Shown here: positions 38,545 through 52,145 of the stretch, piece after piece
Numbering within the stretch: position 1 is the stretch's first letter
Layout: each line of letters begins with the position of its first letter
Origin: Phoronis australis
Lineage: Eukaryota; Animalia; Phoronida
Direction of reading: 5' to 3'
NCBI GenBank assembly: GCA_002633005.1
Contig: NMRA01000296.1
Location: forward strand, 1 to 64,000
Length of the DNA: 64,000 nt
Made by a program: the position numbers and the translations under genes
Notes under the pieces: model-generated
What the model was told of the DNA's origin: nothing
Databases searched by the model: none
Seen by the model: only the letters and a program-made list of their open reading frames with translations

Positions 38545-41500
38545 ATGGCGTTCAGGCGCCCCCTGGAGGAAGAAAAGATACCACTGATGAAATATGGTGC
38601 ATACACACGAACGTTTGCAACAGCAGAGGAGCAACAAAGGGGGCAGCCTGAGACCAACTCGGAGTCAGTAAGTAGCAACAAAATAAAAACATCTCGTTTG
38701 TCGTCTTTGAATGGGGACTGTCAAATTAAATTTCTCATCGTTATTCGATTAATTTCCCGGTACAAATTCTGTACCAAAAGAAACGAACCGCGGGGTTTAA
38801 ATGTACGGTAATTCTTCCCTTATTTCGCACAGAAGTATTTTCCCATTTTTCAGAAAGCTGATAACTTTACTGCAAATAGTGGAAATCTTATCAAATGTTT
38901 TTTCATGACATTTACAACGTACAGATTAAGCTTGTAATAAACTGAATTTATCTTAAACTTTATTTTTGTCAAGAAATTTGACAAAATAGATCATCACCTG
39001 TCACAAATGGGTTTAAGTTGCACTAAATTGAATACGTCCACATAGGCTCCAAACCTAGCGACAACTCGCTCCAGGAGTAACTTGTTCTAGGGTACGGCTG
39101 TGCGGACGGCACTTTAGCCACTTTGTGTGCTAAATAAATGAAGAATGGTAGTACGGCCTTAGCATTCACGTGACGCTCAAACAATTAATTCTGGCGAATG
39201 TACAAAAATCTGAGTTCTTACATAGGCATTCAACTCATTTTCTAAGTACAGCATTAAATTGTAACTTATTTCAGAAAAATCTGAAAATTACAGAAGTTTC
39301 CATCATGGAATTAAGAATTGTTCATTTTATGAAAAGGTTGGCTTCAGCTTCAGGAAGTTCTGGTGGTTTATTGGACCCGGCTTTCTCATGAGTGTGGCTT
39401 ACCTTGATCCGGGCAACATCCAAGCGGATTTACAAGCTGGAAGCATGGCAAAATACCAGGTAAATATTGACAGTTTGAGCTACAAGTGTTTGACTTAGCA
39501 GTTACTCCGCATTCTATCCTAAAGTACAGGGTAACAGAGTAACGAGGTGACACAAATGCCTCCCCTCCCCCTCCGTGCCGCCATGCTGTTGGGGCCACCC
39601 GTGCACCCCTCTCCGTATCCCCTAGTTTCCTACGGCCAGACTAATACTCATAAAATTGAACACATTTTCCTGTTAAACTTGTTTCGTATGTTTCTTCCAC
39701 GAACAGTGCATATGTAATCATCGTTCATTCTTATGAGAAATGTCGAACTGTTGTCCGAGAGGGCGTAACCCTGGTCTAAAAGTGTGTGCGAAGTTTTTTT
39801 TAAATTTAATTTCCAATATAACAGAAACAGGATTTTACATTTTGCCAACTATAAGCTGAGAAATTTTACGTCATCATAATCAAGTTTTGGTTCTGCCCCG
39901 TGTAGCCATCAACAACTTAGCTATATTTTACAGAGATGTTAACGGTCTTTGAAAAGTAGTATTCGAAATGTTTGAGCGAAGCTCTAAAATCTATCGGGCA
40001 CTAAACGGCAAACGTAAAAGTATAGTTTTACAATCGATGCGCCATGTGTATCCACCCACGCGAGATATTGCGTGCATTCATTACAGCTGTTGTGGGCACT
40101 GCTATGGTCTTCAGTGATGGGAATTGGCGTGCAGATACTGGCCGTGAGACTTGCAAATGTCACAGGTAAATATAGCACTATGCTACGATATCGATATTCT
40201 TGGAAGATTGATTGAGTCCAATCAAATCTCTCGATGACATGACACACTTTTATTGAGTTGGGAAGTCTTCAGTAAAAACATGACTGCATCACCTGTATCA
40301 GGGCTTAGAATGACCAATGACAAAAAAGGAAAAATTTCCAGAAGCTGTATTAATCCACAAATAAAGGGGCTTGTGTGATAAAAAGACTTTTGTGTTGTAG
40401 ACATTTACTGAAATAAACGTTTTTGCATGAGTAAAGTCAGAATATGATAAAAAAGGAAACTGGAAGTCAAAAAGAGGAAATCGAAACCAAAAAAGAAAAT
40501 CCTCTTAAAAGAGGAATATTACAAGCCCTGATGTACCTTCATATAGATGACATCGTTTTACCGGTCATACGCCATAATATAAACCCGTTTAATCCGATAC
40601 CTGTTGCACATTTGCTAGGCATTCTGAATACGTAGAACACGGCGTTTTGTTTGTTTCAATTACAAGCATTCTGTAGGAACTGTCGCGTATTTACAGAAGT
40701 TATTTATTTAATCAAAAATAGTCGAGTGACCACTTGAGGCCTGCTTCACAATACAACGAAAGTGGCTTAAGACCAGCGTTCGAAATAGACGCTGGTCCGG
40801 TGTTCCGGGGCCAGTGGATTTGCAGCTGGGCCAGAAACTTTAAAAGTTAACTTGGCACCCGGGCCAGTAAATGTTCAGGCTAACTGGCCCGGCGGGCCAA
40901 CACATTTATTTGCTGAAGTTCGAATACTGCTCAAGGCTTTTGCCTTAAGCTTCCACTTAACAATTGGTGAAAATGTTCAACCAAGTAGGTATGGGTGTAT
41001 CCTAATTTATAGAAATTATCTCAGCAATTAACGGTTGAGTTTACATTCTCAGACTTATGCACTTTTACAGAAATGGTTTGAGAGTGTGTTCAGGTTGGCT
41101 TACGTAATAAATGTAAAAGTAAAACAAAATTCAAGCCACGTTATTGGAATTCTGTAAATTTGTATGAAACATATCTTTCTTCATCATTACCTTGAATCCT
41201 AATGTTTGCACACTAAATGCTCTATTATGACGTTTACTTGCAGGCTTGCACCTGGCTGAAGTGTGCCACAGGGAGTACACCCCCGTGGCGAGAATACTCG
41301 TCTGGCTTATGATAGAAATCTCTGCCGTTGCCACGGATATCCAACAGGTTGTTGTGTCAGCTCTCGGCATCTACTTACTCTCAAACAGTGTGTGAGTGCT
41401 CAAACTAAAAATGTACGCGACTCTGAAAAGGACAAACTTCCTATTTTTACTCAACGATTCTGATAATGGGGGTGTGGTTGTGTTTTTCCAAATTGCTCAG

Positions 41501-44500
41501 CGCTCAGGTAGTCATATTAATCACTGCCGTTAGCTGGGAAGTGAACAAGACTAACCTTAATCGTGTCGTGTACTGTGGCAACACCTAGCGGGTGTATGTT
41601 AGCAGACGAAGTACGAGTAGCGTCGACTACAATATCCGATTTTAGTTTTCAAATTCCAAATTGTAAAGTGTCTTTGTTTCAAATATTAAGAACGAAAGCA
41701 AAATATAGAGTAAATCAAAAAAATGGGCAGCAAAAATAATATACAATAACGAGAAATACACCATAAGCAAGAGGGTGACTCAGTGATCAGATGTGACCCA
41801 CTCAACCCAGGAGATACTTAGTCTTCACAGCGGGTGGTATAAGGTAATAGTTTGCAAGTGTGATCAGGCGTGATGCGTTTTAAACAAATTTATTAAGTCA
41901 CATCCTCATCCTCTCTGATCAGGCCACTGGCACGTGAGCCCACGTGACCAGTTGCCACATTGTCTCTGAACTGAAAGTCTCCCACTGCATTCACAACCGC
42001 CGACAGCAGACGTAACTGTCAGACTATATCAGATGCTGGTCTCTGCGTCACTTCCCAGAGGTCAGGGTATTCCTATTCCGCGGTGGTGTTACCCGGTTCT
42101 AAAGAAGGCATATTTCACGAATATTCGATTATTGCAATAATTTTTCTCTAAATAATGCATTCTGTAGAGGTCAGCCACCAAAACCATATCATCATTAACG
42201 TAAACTGTCAGGGTTGTCGTTTCCAACGTCGTTATTTATTTATTTATTTATTATTGTGATATTTAAAATGAGGTTGGCCTCTTCAGTGATAGCACTGCTT
42301 TCCAAGTTTTAACATTGACATCAAAAACATCATCGCTGTCGAAGACTTCGCCGTTGTTGCCACAAATACCCCTTACAAGTCAATACGTATGATCATACAA
42401 GAGCGGATGAGAGGGTACATACTCCCCGCATTCTCTGGTCGTAATCCAGTATCTATGCCTTCGTTTTATCCTCGTGACTTAAAGTAAGACTTCAGTCAGA
42501 AAGTTGGTCTTCCGCTGGCACTTCACGATTACCAAATAAAGGTTTTAACCTTTAACTTAAAAGTCATGTAATTATTGTCATCACTGCATGAAAATATCTG
42601 CTCAAAATGTTCTCAGAAAATAGCAGTTATGGGTATATTGCGGGATGTACTAGTACCTTTTCTAAAGTGCGCTTTATTTTTCAAAATTAGTTATGTGAAG
42701 TGTTAGATCAAATTTCTGTCTCACTCATGAATACGAACCCTGGACTCATACGCAACGAGTGTTAATTATTGTTACAAACAAAATCATAGATAGCCACACT
42801 TGCCTCGACAACTGTCATCAGCATTGCTGCCGTCACTAGAACATACATACTTGTTGCAGGATACCAGTTTGGGGAGCCATTCTAATCACATTTGTCGACA
42901 CAGTCACACTGTTGCTTACAGAGTTGCCTTGTTTGAAGAGATTCAACGTATTCTTTGCAGTCTTGTTCACCACCACAGCAGCATGTCTCCTCTCAGTGGT
43001 GAGTACATGCTCGAGAAAATGTTTAGAGGATAAGGACGCAGTCACTTGGTATAAAATTTGTGAATTTGAAAGAAACTACAAAATTTGACAATCGTCCTTA
43101 TAGGAGTTCAGGAGCTGCAGCCATGAACGCTCATAGACAGATGATGACAACCCACATACATATGTGGGTGTGGAGGGCATAAAAGTTAACCATGCAAAAG
43201 ACCTGATCAGGTGAAAAAGACAAATAAGAACAACATATTATACAACTATTATTTAATGATGACTAAGAAAACTATAACAGAAATATAACTGTTCTCAAAA
43301 TATAAGGTGTCTTAAAAATGTAAACAAAAATGTAAATACCAAAAAGAAGTTTACTGGGAACTGACCCTGTTTGATATTCCAGGAACCCCATTTTCTTTCT
43401 CACTGCATGGTCTTACAGTCTTCTTACGCTCCATATAGAATGAGGAGTTCTTTAAGTACTGAATCGAGGATACATAGACATGGGGTGTAATTTGGCAAGT
43501 CACTTACAGGGGTCCTGGATTTGAAGAACCAGTTTGACGCCTGTTATCCAAAGGAGAATACTGGTTCTCACAATGTGGAACCCCTGTAAGTGACTAATGC
43601 CTGTCTTTCAAAATCAGACCTAAAGGAAAACTTGGCCATATTTTACATACACACATTGAAACGAGTCATGGGTTTCGATCTGGATAGAAAAAACAGAGCC
43701 GTTGACCGTTACATTTTCTTATAGCTGGAAGTTTCAACTGATGTCCTCATAAAAGTGTATAATATTGCTAACCAAATGCTAATGACCTCAGCGTGCTTGT
43801 GGAAAAAATAATTTTCCGCACAGGCGCATACTAATCTGACTCTGATCCAGTTTCACCAGACTTCTTGCAACTTTTCACGTCACAGTGAAACGAATGACCA
43901 GAGATGTTGACTAGGGACATAACACCACCCAAAAAACCGGGTGCGAGTCGCGTCAGGAGAAATGTATAATTATAGCCACCACTATGGATCTCCTCGCCAC
44001 CACCAACATTAATAGATGGACGGAAAATACGGGAAACCCACAGATGAAATGAGTCATCACATTTCTCGCACTTATTTGAGGATCCGTGATCCACGCATGG
44101 CTCTACGTGAAGTGGGTCAAGGTCACCATCAGGTCGCTGACCCAAATGTATCATCCTCTGTCTTTCAGAACTAAACTCTCTTGTTTTTGGTTCTGTAGTT
44201 GGCGATATCTTTTGAGCCGATTTCTTGCTTTGTTTAGTGGTGCCAGACACCTCATCTGAACTGCTATCCCTTTCTTCAGCAGAACTATCGCTGTACATTG
44301 TGACACCTTCGTCGTCTTCTGGATCACTCCACTCAGGGTCGTCATGGAAACCAAAATAATAGGCGCAGACAGAGTCACTCATTTGCCAATCAACAGATAA
44401 TCCACCGACGTCTGTAATGTATTCAACATCAGCCACATTGAATATTTTGAATACCTGAAATACAAATATACAAACTTCAGTCTCCCCAAATGCAGATTAC

Positions 44501-47500
44501 AGATTATTAGATTAATTGCAAAATTAAACTCTTAGCGATAGAATCACAAAGATAATCTTGAAGTAAGTTTTACACTTCCAGTCTTGTGTTGAGAAACAGT
44601 TGAACAGTAAGGCTCAAATTTGACTACTAGGGTCCATTACTTTCAAAACACCTGTGAGGTGCTAGAGTGGTTCAAATGTTAGTCATGTACCTTAAGACAG
44701 TCAGACTAAAGTACAATAAAAAGTAATCGAGCATAAAAACTAAGGTTGGCTGGCAACTCTGGACGGTCCACCATGACAATATAATGTTATGACCCTTCAG
44801 ATTCAAGTTTGATCTCCCTACTCTAAGAATAAAATGTCGCTGTCCTGATGTATCTAACTTATAAAAGTTTCAAGAAACATTATATTTTGAAAGTCGCGGA
44901 AGAAAATATGCAATTTCATAGCTATGTCACCCATAAGGCAGCCATCTGTCCATTTCGTGGGGCCTTGTCTTGGTCAACACAGGAATTTCAATTTTGATTT
45001 GCCCCCCCCCCCTCCCCTCCCTGACCATTACAAAATGTTCCCCTGGTTGCCACTCATTTCGCCCCCCATGTTCACCAACAACATGGAGTCTGGCTTTTGT
45101 TTATTTTTCTGACTATGCCTGAGTGTAAATATACTTTACCCTGTGAGCAGACGGTAGAACATCTTGACTCCATGGGAAAAGGCACATGGTTGGATGGCCA
45201 GAGTACGAGCTATCCTCAACAACTATTTCTCTCTGATCCATTTCTTTCCTCATTTTGGTCAATACATGAAGAGCAAAGGCAAGCGATCGTGGATTATGTT
45301 GCAAAACAAGCTTGACATCGAAACTTGCAGGAACTGCTACCCTACACTTTAACATCGCTGGCGATGGGTCAAAATACGACTTGTAGGTCTCAAGATAAGG
45401 CTCGTCCTTCACTGCACAGTCATTCAATGAAGTATCAAAATACTGTCGAATATATCTCTGCCAAAACACGACACTGTCGGATAGAATTCGATTCCACCGC
45501 TTGCTGACTCGAATGCAGTGCGTGTTCAAATCAGTGGCACTAAGTCTTGAGAAAATACTCTCTAAGAGCTCGTCGCTGAGTGCGTTTATGTCACTTCTCG
45601 CTTGTGCCATCTTCAGAGCAGAGATTCTGAAACAGTTATCAGGCTTGGATGCGGCGGGAATGGTTTAAAAAGGTTTTACCGAAACAAAACAATGTCTAGG
45701 CATGTCTAGTACTTCGCTGGCTGCCAACCCGGAAATGTCATTTGCAGAGACACCTAGTGATCATTTTTAGCCGACAGTAGTGACATCTTTTAGCAGGTGA
45801 CCTCATCGTGTAGCACTAAAAATGTTCGCGCGCTAAATAACTCCAAAAGTTACGCACGGAGCTTACTTTGCCACAGCCTCCAACTCGTCACATAATGAAG
45901 ATAGAGTGATAAAAAACGATATACTGGAATATTTGGTCGAATTGGGCATGACCAAAATTAATTGGAACAAATAGATGTTTACTTAGTAAAAAACTAAATT
46001 TCCAACATATTGCATGCCCCCTAACGTCGCGACATAAACACCTAAATCCTCCAGTGAACATTAAAAAATTTTCGGGCTCCCTGACTTTTCTCACAAGACG
46101 CAGCAACCAGTTCACTAAACTATAACAGAGAGCATCTATGACTAGTTTTGCTATTTTGCTCATAAAATATATAGTTTTAATTTTTTCATCTTCATTTTTT
46201 ACGAACGTGTAACAAAGTTTCACCTTCTAGCCGGTCTTTGACGTGGGTAATAGGCGTCACAGAAGTTAAGCTACAAAAGAAACAACGCTAACAGATTAAT
46301 TTATCTTTTTCGAAACGTTTGAAATATTACCCGAATCTTTTTAGTTACGAACCGTACTTTGTGTTTATTACCCAAGATATAATTTTCAATAAAACAAAGC
46401 TAGCATAGAGGGCATCACAACTGCTGAAAAAAGTTTAACCAACTCTAGAAATAATTTAAGGAAATTGCCTCGCCAGTAAGTCATGTGCGTATTCTCAGAG
46501 ACTTTCCACTTTTTTCGGGTGAGATTTAATTACTTTTCTGTGACCTAAGTTACGATTCACTGAAAACCATTATATCTGGGCGTGATGACTTATTGAAACT
46601 GCTTTTCACCTTCTCTGTTATTTGTTTCAGTATGTTGTAGGACAGCCTGATCAAGTCGGCGTGTTGACCGGTCTGAGCGTTCCTTGGTGTAACGGGTGTA
46701 GTGCAAACGCCACAAGTGTTCTAGTAGTAATGATTGGGGCAATCGTGCAGCCGCACAATGTCTATCTTCTCACTGGATTGGTTGCGGTGGGTATCATATA
46801 GTAACTGCTTCCACTTATTCTATGAGAAATCAAGATCATACGGCCACAGTAGGGCTTCGTTTCGTAGACCCAAGAAACTTGCGAAAAACGAGATCACGCA
46901 AGACCAGTGATCGCAGAATCAAGCACATAGTTTCGTCTGACGGTTGTTCACGTGCTTTTTAGTTAGTGTGTGAATTTGCCTGATTAAAAATGGTGCTTTT
47001 CATTGCTTCGTCCTAACGGCTTCCAGCGAGAATCATATTACTTATTGGCGTTTTTATTTCTTTGTTAAAAGAGCAATAAGCTGAGTCGAATCTGATAAGA
47101 ATCATCTGCACTAGTACGTATACCTCTGTCCTGCATTGTCTTTTCATCCGTGTGTTGCGACGACTGTCTGAAAACGGCAGGGAATCTGTAAAAGCTTTTG
47201 GATATCACTTCTAGATTTAAAATCGGATGAATCACAAATACCTGATTGTATAGTATTGGTGTAATTTAAATACATTTAAATGGCATTTAACAGAGACAAA
47301 TAAATCCATAACTTTGAACGATTAGCCTATCACCGTATCAATTGATCCCTTTCGTTTAATAGAGTAATTCCGAATTTTACTCTCCATGTAGCTCCTACGA
47401 TCCCCCCACGAAAAACGTCGCTCACCTAATGAGGATCAGGAAAATCGGCCACCGAAATGCGCAATACCTAATATAGAGGTTGATGCAAAAAGACCAAATA

Positions 47501-50500
47501 GTGACCTACATAATTCTACAAGTTTACCACAAGGTGGCTCATGAAGTCATGAAACTTGCTGCGGACGCTAACTGTAATTGCTGTCCTTTCCCTTGTCAAA
47601 GTCTGGCGTCATGTATTTTGCTTTATTTGTTATTGTAGGAGAAAGACTTTGACAAGAACGTTAAGAAATACGTAAAGGAGGCAAATTTGTATTGTTCCAT
47701 CGAAACAGGTAGTGTCCATATATGCAGTTTCAATACAAGTTTGTTATGTGTGGTGCTGTAATGGTTTTTGAAGGTCAGTTCTATACGTAACAGACCCATT
47801 TTGTGTCACACACGTGGCCTAGTTTTCTATACTATTACTATGCGATTTTATATCGCAAACCATATCAATCGTAACACCGGGGTCGGTTTTGCGACAAGAC
47901 GATCTGATGACTACTATGGAGAAAGTGAGCCATAACACGCACGTGCTTATCAGGAGTTGAAGATGAGTGTCCAAGAGCGGATCCAGGATTTTGAGTTAGG
48001 GGGGGCCATAGCAGAGTATTAGCCAGGATTGTCCCCCTCAGGCATTCGCCGAAAGGAATATGGGATATTTTAGGGGCCATCGCCCCCTTGGCTCCCCTCT
48101 AAATCCGGAAATGGTGTCTACGTCTTTGCGTACGCACATGTTAGTATGCCGCGTAAAAATAAAGTACGTCTCAAGCTGTTTTCATAGATTAAAATAAGTA
48201 ACCGAAGTTAGGCTTTACTTATGACTTAGTTACATGTACAGTGACATAAAGATATAAAAAATGTATAGGCTTACTACATACGTAAAACATTTAGAAAATA
48301 ATTCTTTCCAACGTTTCTCAAAATTAAATTGGTGTGTAATAGATGCTCGGTGAATGTGCCATTGAGAAGTATCAAGATCGTCTCTTTTTCAGTCATTACG
48401 TTCTTCCTGTCATTTCTTGTGAACGTCTTCGTTGTTGGAACGTTTGCTGCAGCGTTTTCCAACTCTCCAGGCTTCAATCCATTACAGGCTTCACTGGCCA
48501 CAGCGGTAACTAAGACTTTCTCGCGAGGTTTGGATAATAAATACTGATGACACATTTATTCAAGACTTACCGGATTAATGCAATATTTCTGCTGGGCACT
48601 GCTTATCTGGCCTCAAGGACACGTGCCAAATTAATGGAAGGTTTTCAATTTTGTTGTCAGCTTCAAAGCAAAAATAGTGACTAAAAATTTTATACTGGGA
48701 GATCTTCACGCAGTCTTTGGGTTAGATTTCTTACCCTTAAAATCAATGTCAATAATTGTTTTCATAGTTGTCTTTACAGTCCTGTTAGACAGACTCGTCT
48801 GAGAGTAACGTAGAATAAACTTCCCCTTTTGTCGGAAGCTAATAAAATGTCCTTAATGTTAATTTGCAATGAGTGCTATGATGTGAATTTGGTCACAAAC
48901 CTTACTACGAGAGTAGTGAAAAATAAGTGCATCAAAATTATTCAGTATAAATCTTTGAAAACGCACGTAACGTAAAATCCAAAAGTCATCGTGTCGTCAC
49001 GTATTTTGAAAGGGCACTTGGATTGATCAAAAGTTTGGGGCAGGATTGAAGATCGCTTGGGGCATCGCATTACTGGCCATTGGACAGGGCATTACTTTCG
49101 CGGTGAGTATTCTGAGTTTGAAGCAGACCGAAAGATCTTCTAAATAATTGGCTAAAAGAACTCTAAAAAAACAAGGTTCGTATTTCCAGATGCTTTGGGA
49201 CAATGACGTAATAATTCTCGTGTGAGAGGCGCAACGCGCACAGTCACGCGCCCACCATCACTGGGCGTACTTGTTGTTGGAGCTTTTCTCGATGCCTTGC
49301 TGTTCCAGCCAGAAAGAAATTAAAAAATTAAAATAGTTTAATTGAACTACATTTCTACATTTTTGCCGATACCGGTCCTTATATTCTTGAAGGTCTAGTC
49401 GCAAGGATCTCAGGCGCAACATTCTGTCAATCGAATATGAACTCTAAATAACTCTGACATACACCACATATACTTGGCTGCTGTCACACATTGCAATTAT
49501 CTAATAATAATTGAGATTTTCATTGCAGGGCGGTTCCGTTGGCCAGTTCCTTATGAAGGCAAGTCTCAGGTTTATTAAGTTCTCTTGAAAATAATCCAGC
49601 CCAACGGTGATCATAATATTGCGTTCATTTTATCTTTTAAAGCTGGCAGCATTTTTAATAGACTAGTTCAATGAACTGTGGGTGTTGTGTATTTAAGACA
49701 TAATAAACACATTCCAGGGCTTCCTTAACGTTGATTGGATGAAATGGCAGAGGACACTCGCCATTCGTACCATCTCCGTAATACCAACACTGGTAATGGC
49801 CGTTGCAGTGAGTGACGTCAACAGTACACTGGCCATCCTGAACACTTGGATGAATGTTGTGCAAAGTATCCAGATTCCATTCGCCTTACTTCCACTCCTC
49901 CATTTTACCAGCAGTGAGCGCGTCATGGGATCCTTCAAGAACGGGATGTAAGTGCAAAAAACGAGGCATCGTAAAAATGGCGTCCAACTGACTGACTTTC
50001 TCCAACATCCGGTCTTGATTTACATCTGCATTTCGCTCGAAGTAGGCCTTTTACTCTCAAAAATGGGTCTCATGCTGTATTTTCCTTGATGCGATAGGAT
50101 TCTATGTCGTTTACCGCCAACAAAAACGTGGAAACTCTCGGCAAGCAACTCGTTTGGCCAACCCTGAAATTGCGAATTCGAAAATTGCTTAAGTTGCCTA
50201 CGCGTTGCCTGTGTTTTGAGTTGGTAATGGAAACAGAATTCTGTAACGGCAAGAGATAGTCCTATATTTAGTTAAAGTAAAAGGCCTGGTTCGATTTTCA
50301 TTTTTAGTGAGGTAAACTTGCAGGGCTAAACTTAAACAGAGCTTTTAACGTCCTTTTCTCTGACCGTAGAACACCAGGCCGTCCTAGTGTTCTACAAAGA
50401 CACGCACCACTGATAGGGGACTGAGAGGCTATAGCCCCCACTTTTTTGGCGGTGCACCACAGGGGGCTGGGGGCTATAGCCCCTCCACCTTTTTCAGTGG

Positions 50501-52145
50501 TGCGCCGCCCATGTCGTACTGATCTTGGGCACACAACTTCCTAAAATTTTTGAATACCTTAGGAGTATTCCTTTCAACACAAAGTGCAAGATGGCAATAA
50601 CTTGAGCCTCCACTAACCAAATGTTATTTTGACGTCTGTTGCAGAGTTGTGAGAATTTTCGGATGGCTTCTGGTTCTACTAGTGATTGGCCTCAACATCT
50701 GTTTACTATACTTATACCTCGTGAGTTTATGTTTTTCTTTCTTAACTTGTGTTCCTTCAGTAAAGCCACATTAAATGAAGAAATCTAGCGTTCAAAAGTT
50801 GGCGTTGTATATATTGAGGCTACTTTCAACCTGTCTTCCGCCGAACGACTTGCCGTTGTGGAATACGCGTCCCAATCTGTTCTTACTGAAAATGGAGCTG
50901 CATTGGCTGGAGAGGACTTGCAGTTCCTTACTTTTCGAGACCAGCTCACAGTCTTGAGCAAAAACAAGCTGATAGATTTTTTGAGCCCAGAACCACTGTC
51001 ATGTGATTATACAACAAGATGAGATGGCGAGTTGTGCAGATCATAACATAATTTGCTTCTTTGGCGGAAAGCCGGTTTGTAGCTGCTTTGATGGACGTTT
51101 TGTTATCACTTCCATCGACTTTAGTGGATTCGATCACCTAGTATTTTAATTGATTGTTTCTTTGTCCATTTGAACCCTATTATAATGACAATCATTAAAA
51201 GGAAAGATGGATGCAATGACGACGATGACGACGCCGCGTCATCGTTTTGATTTTTTTTCCAGTTTCAAGATACTCTACAGTGGTATTTGTACCTCATCTC
51301 TGGAATAGTCCTAACGATGTACTTCCTGCTCGTCATATACCTGGCTATTGACAGCTTAACCGTAGTCAAAATACAGGTACATCTAATCGATGTTTATCCA
51401 CCCTCAGCAATATTTGAGCAAATCTCACTAGATTACGAGCGTAAAATGTGGTCGTAAATTTTATTTGGATTCCGCACTCGTCCGCTCGGGTCCATAATTT
51501 CTTTTAGATTCCACTGAGCGTTACAAGTAGCATAGGCTCTTCATTGCCGAGAATCCAGTGGCTAAACAAGGAATTGATAGTTCTTGTACATTAATGATTC
51601 TTGAACTTCTCTTTTGAATGCCAATAGATGGATTTGTTTAAACTGTTGTTATTGAAGTTTACGAAACATACGAAAACACGAATCAAATTGACCTATACCA
51701 GACATCCGTTCTTTTCGTTTCATTTTCTACCACTTAAAGTTACGTTTGTTTACCGTCTCTAAACATCTTGCCGTCAATGTGCAGCATATAAACAGTAAAA
51801 AAAACAAGTATATTCATTGAGCAAGTTTGATTATTGCTAATTGCCAACGAATCTATACGATATGGTGTGACGTCATGTTTGTTACTAAAGATGAAACGAC
51901 ATGCAATTGAACTCACGCATAATTTATTACAATCCGATGGTTTTAAATTTTATCCCCAGATCTGGTTCTACGAGAAGCTTGGTGCCGACAGTTCTGTGGT
52001 GCGAGCTCGTTTGGAGGAACTACGTAATATCCGGTACACAATCAAATGCGCAGAACCGGAACAAGTTGTGAAGTCACTGTCATCTATGAAAATGTCCACG
52101 TATCAAACGGCCACGGTTGAAGCAACCATCACAGTTGTGTTGTAA
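38545..52145 (+). CDS. Divergent SLC11/Nramp-family divalent cation transporter, 14 exons, 558 aa
   Basis: Exons 38545-38667, 39337-39459, 40087-40165, 41244-41391, 42860-42998, 46631-46786, 47639-47708, 48393-48505, 49013-49102, 49529-49558, 49718-49947, 50645-50720, 51263-51376, 51960-52145 join in phase (1677 nt, no internal stop); motifs [80 protein letters not shown]. Confidence 0.93.
40774..40929. mobile_element. hAT-like MITE in Nramp intron 3
   Basis: CAGCGTTCGAA...TTCGAATACTG termini; 8-bp flanks cttaagac/ctcaaggc (6/8); gggccag subrepeats. Confidence 0.7.
43050..43185. mobile_element. HINE-like terminal fragment
   Basis: Palindrome cccacatacatatgtggg followed by gcataaaa, resembling the end at ~10830-10856. 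Confidence 0.45.
43498..43594. repeat. ~97 bp palindromic mini-MITE/hairpin
   Basis: agtcacttacagggg...cccctgtaagtgact with inner gaaccagt/actggttc. Confidence 0.75.
43831..45610 (-). CDS. F-box protein with uncharacterised C-terminal domain, 2 coding exons (45610-45140, 44454-43831), 364 aa, nested antisense in Nramp intron 5
   Basis: F-box [43 protein letters not shown]; phase-0 intron CACAGG|gtaaag...tttcag|GTATTC joins the two listed ORFs in frame. Confidence 0.9.

Noticed and set aside
42061-42100. FLFRGGV-like stretch considered as Nramp exon 5
   Set aside because: The true phase-compatible exon ([14 protein letters not shown]) is at 42860-42998
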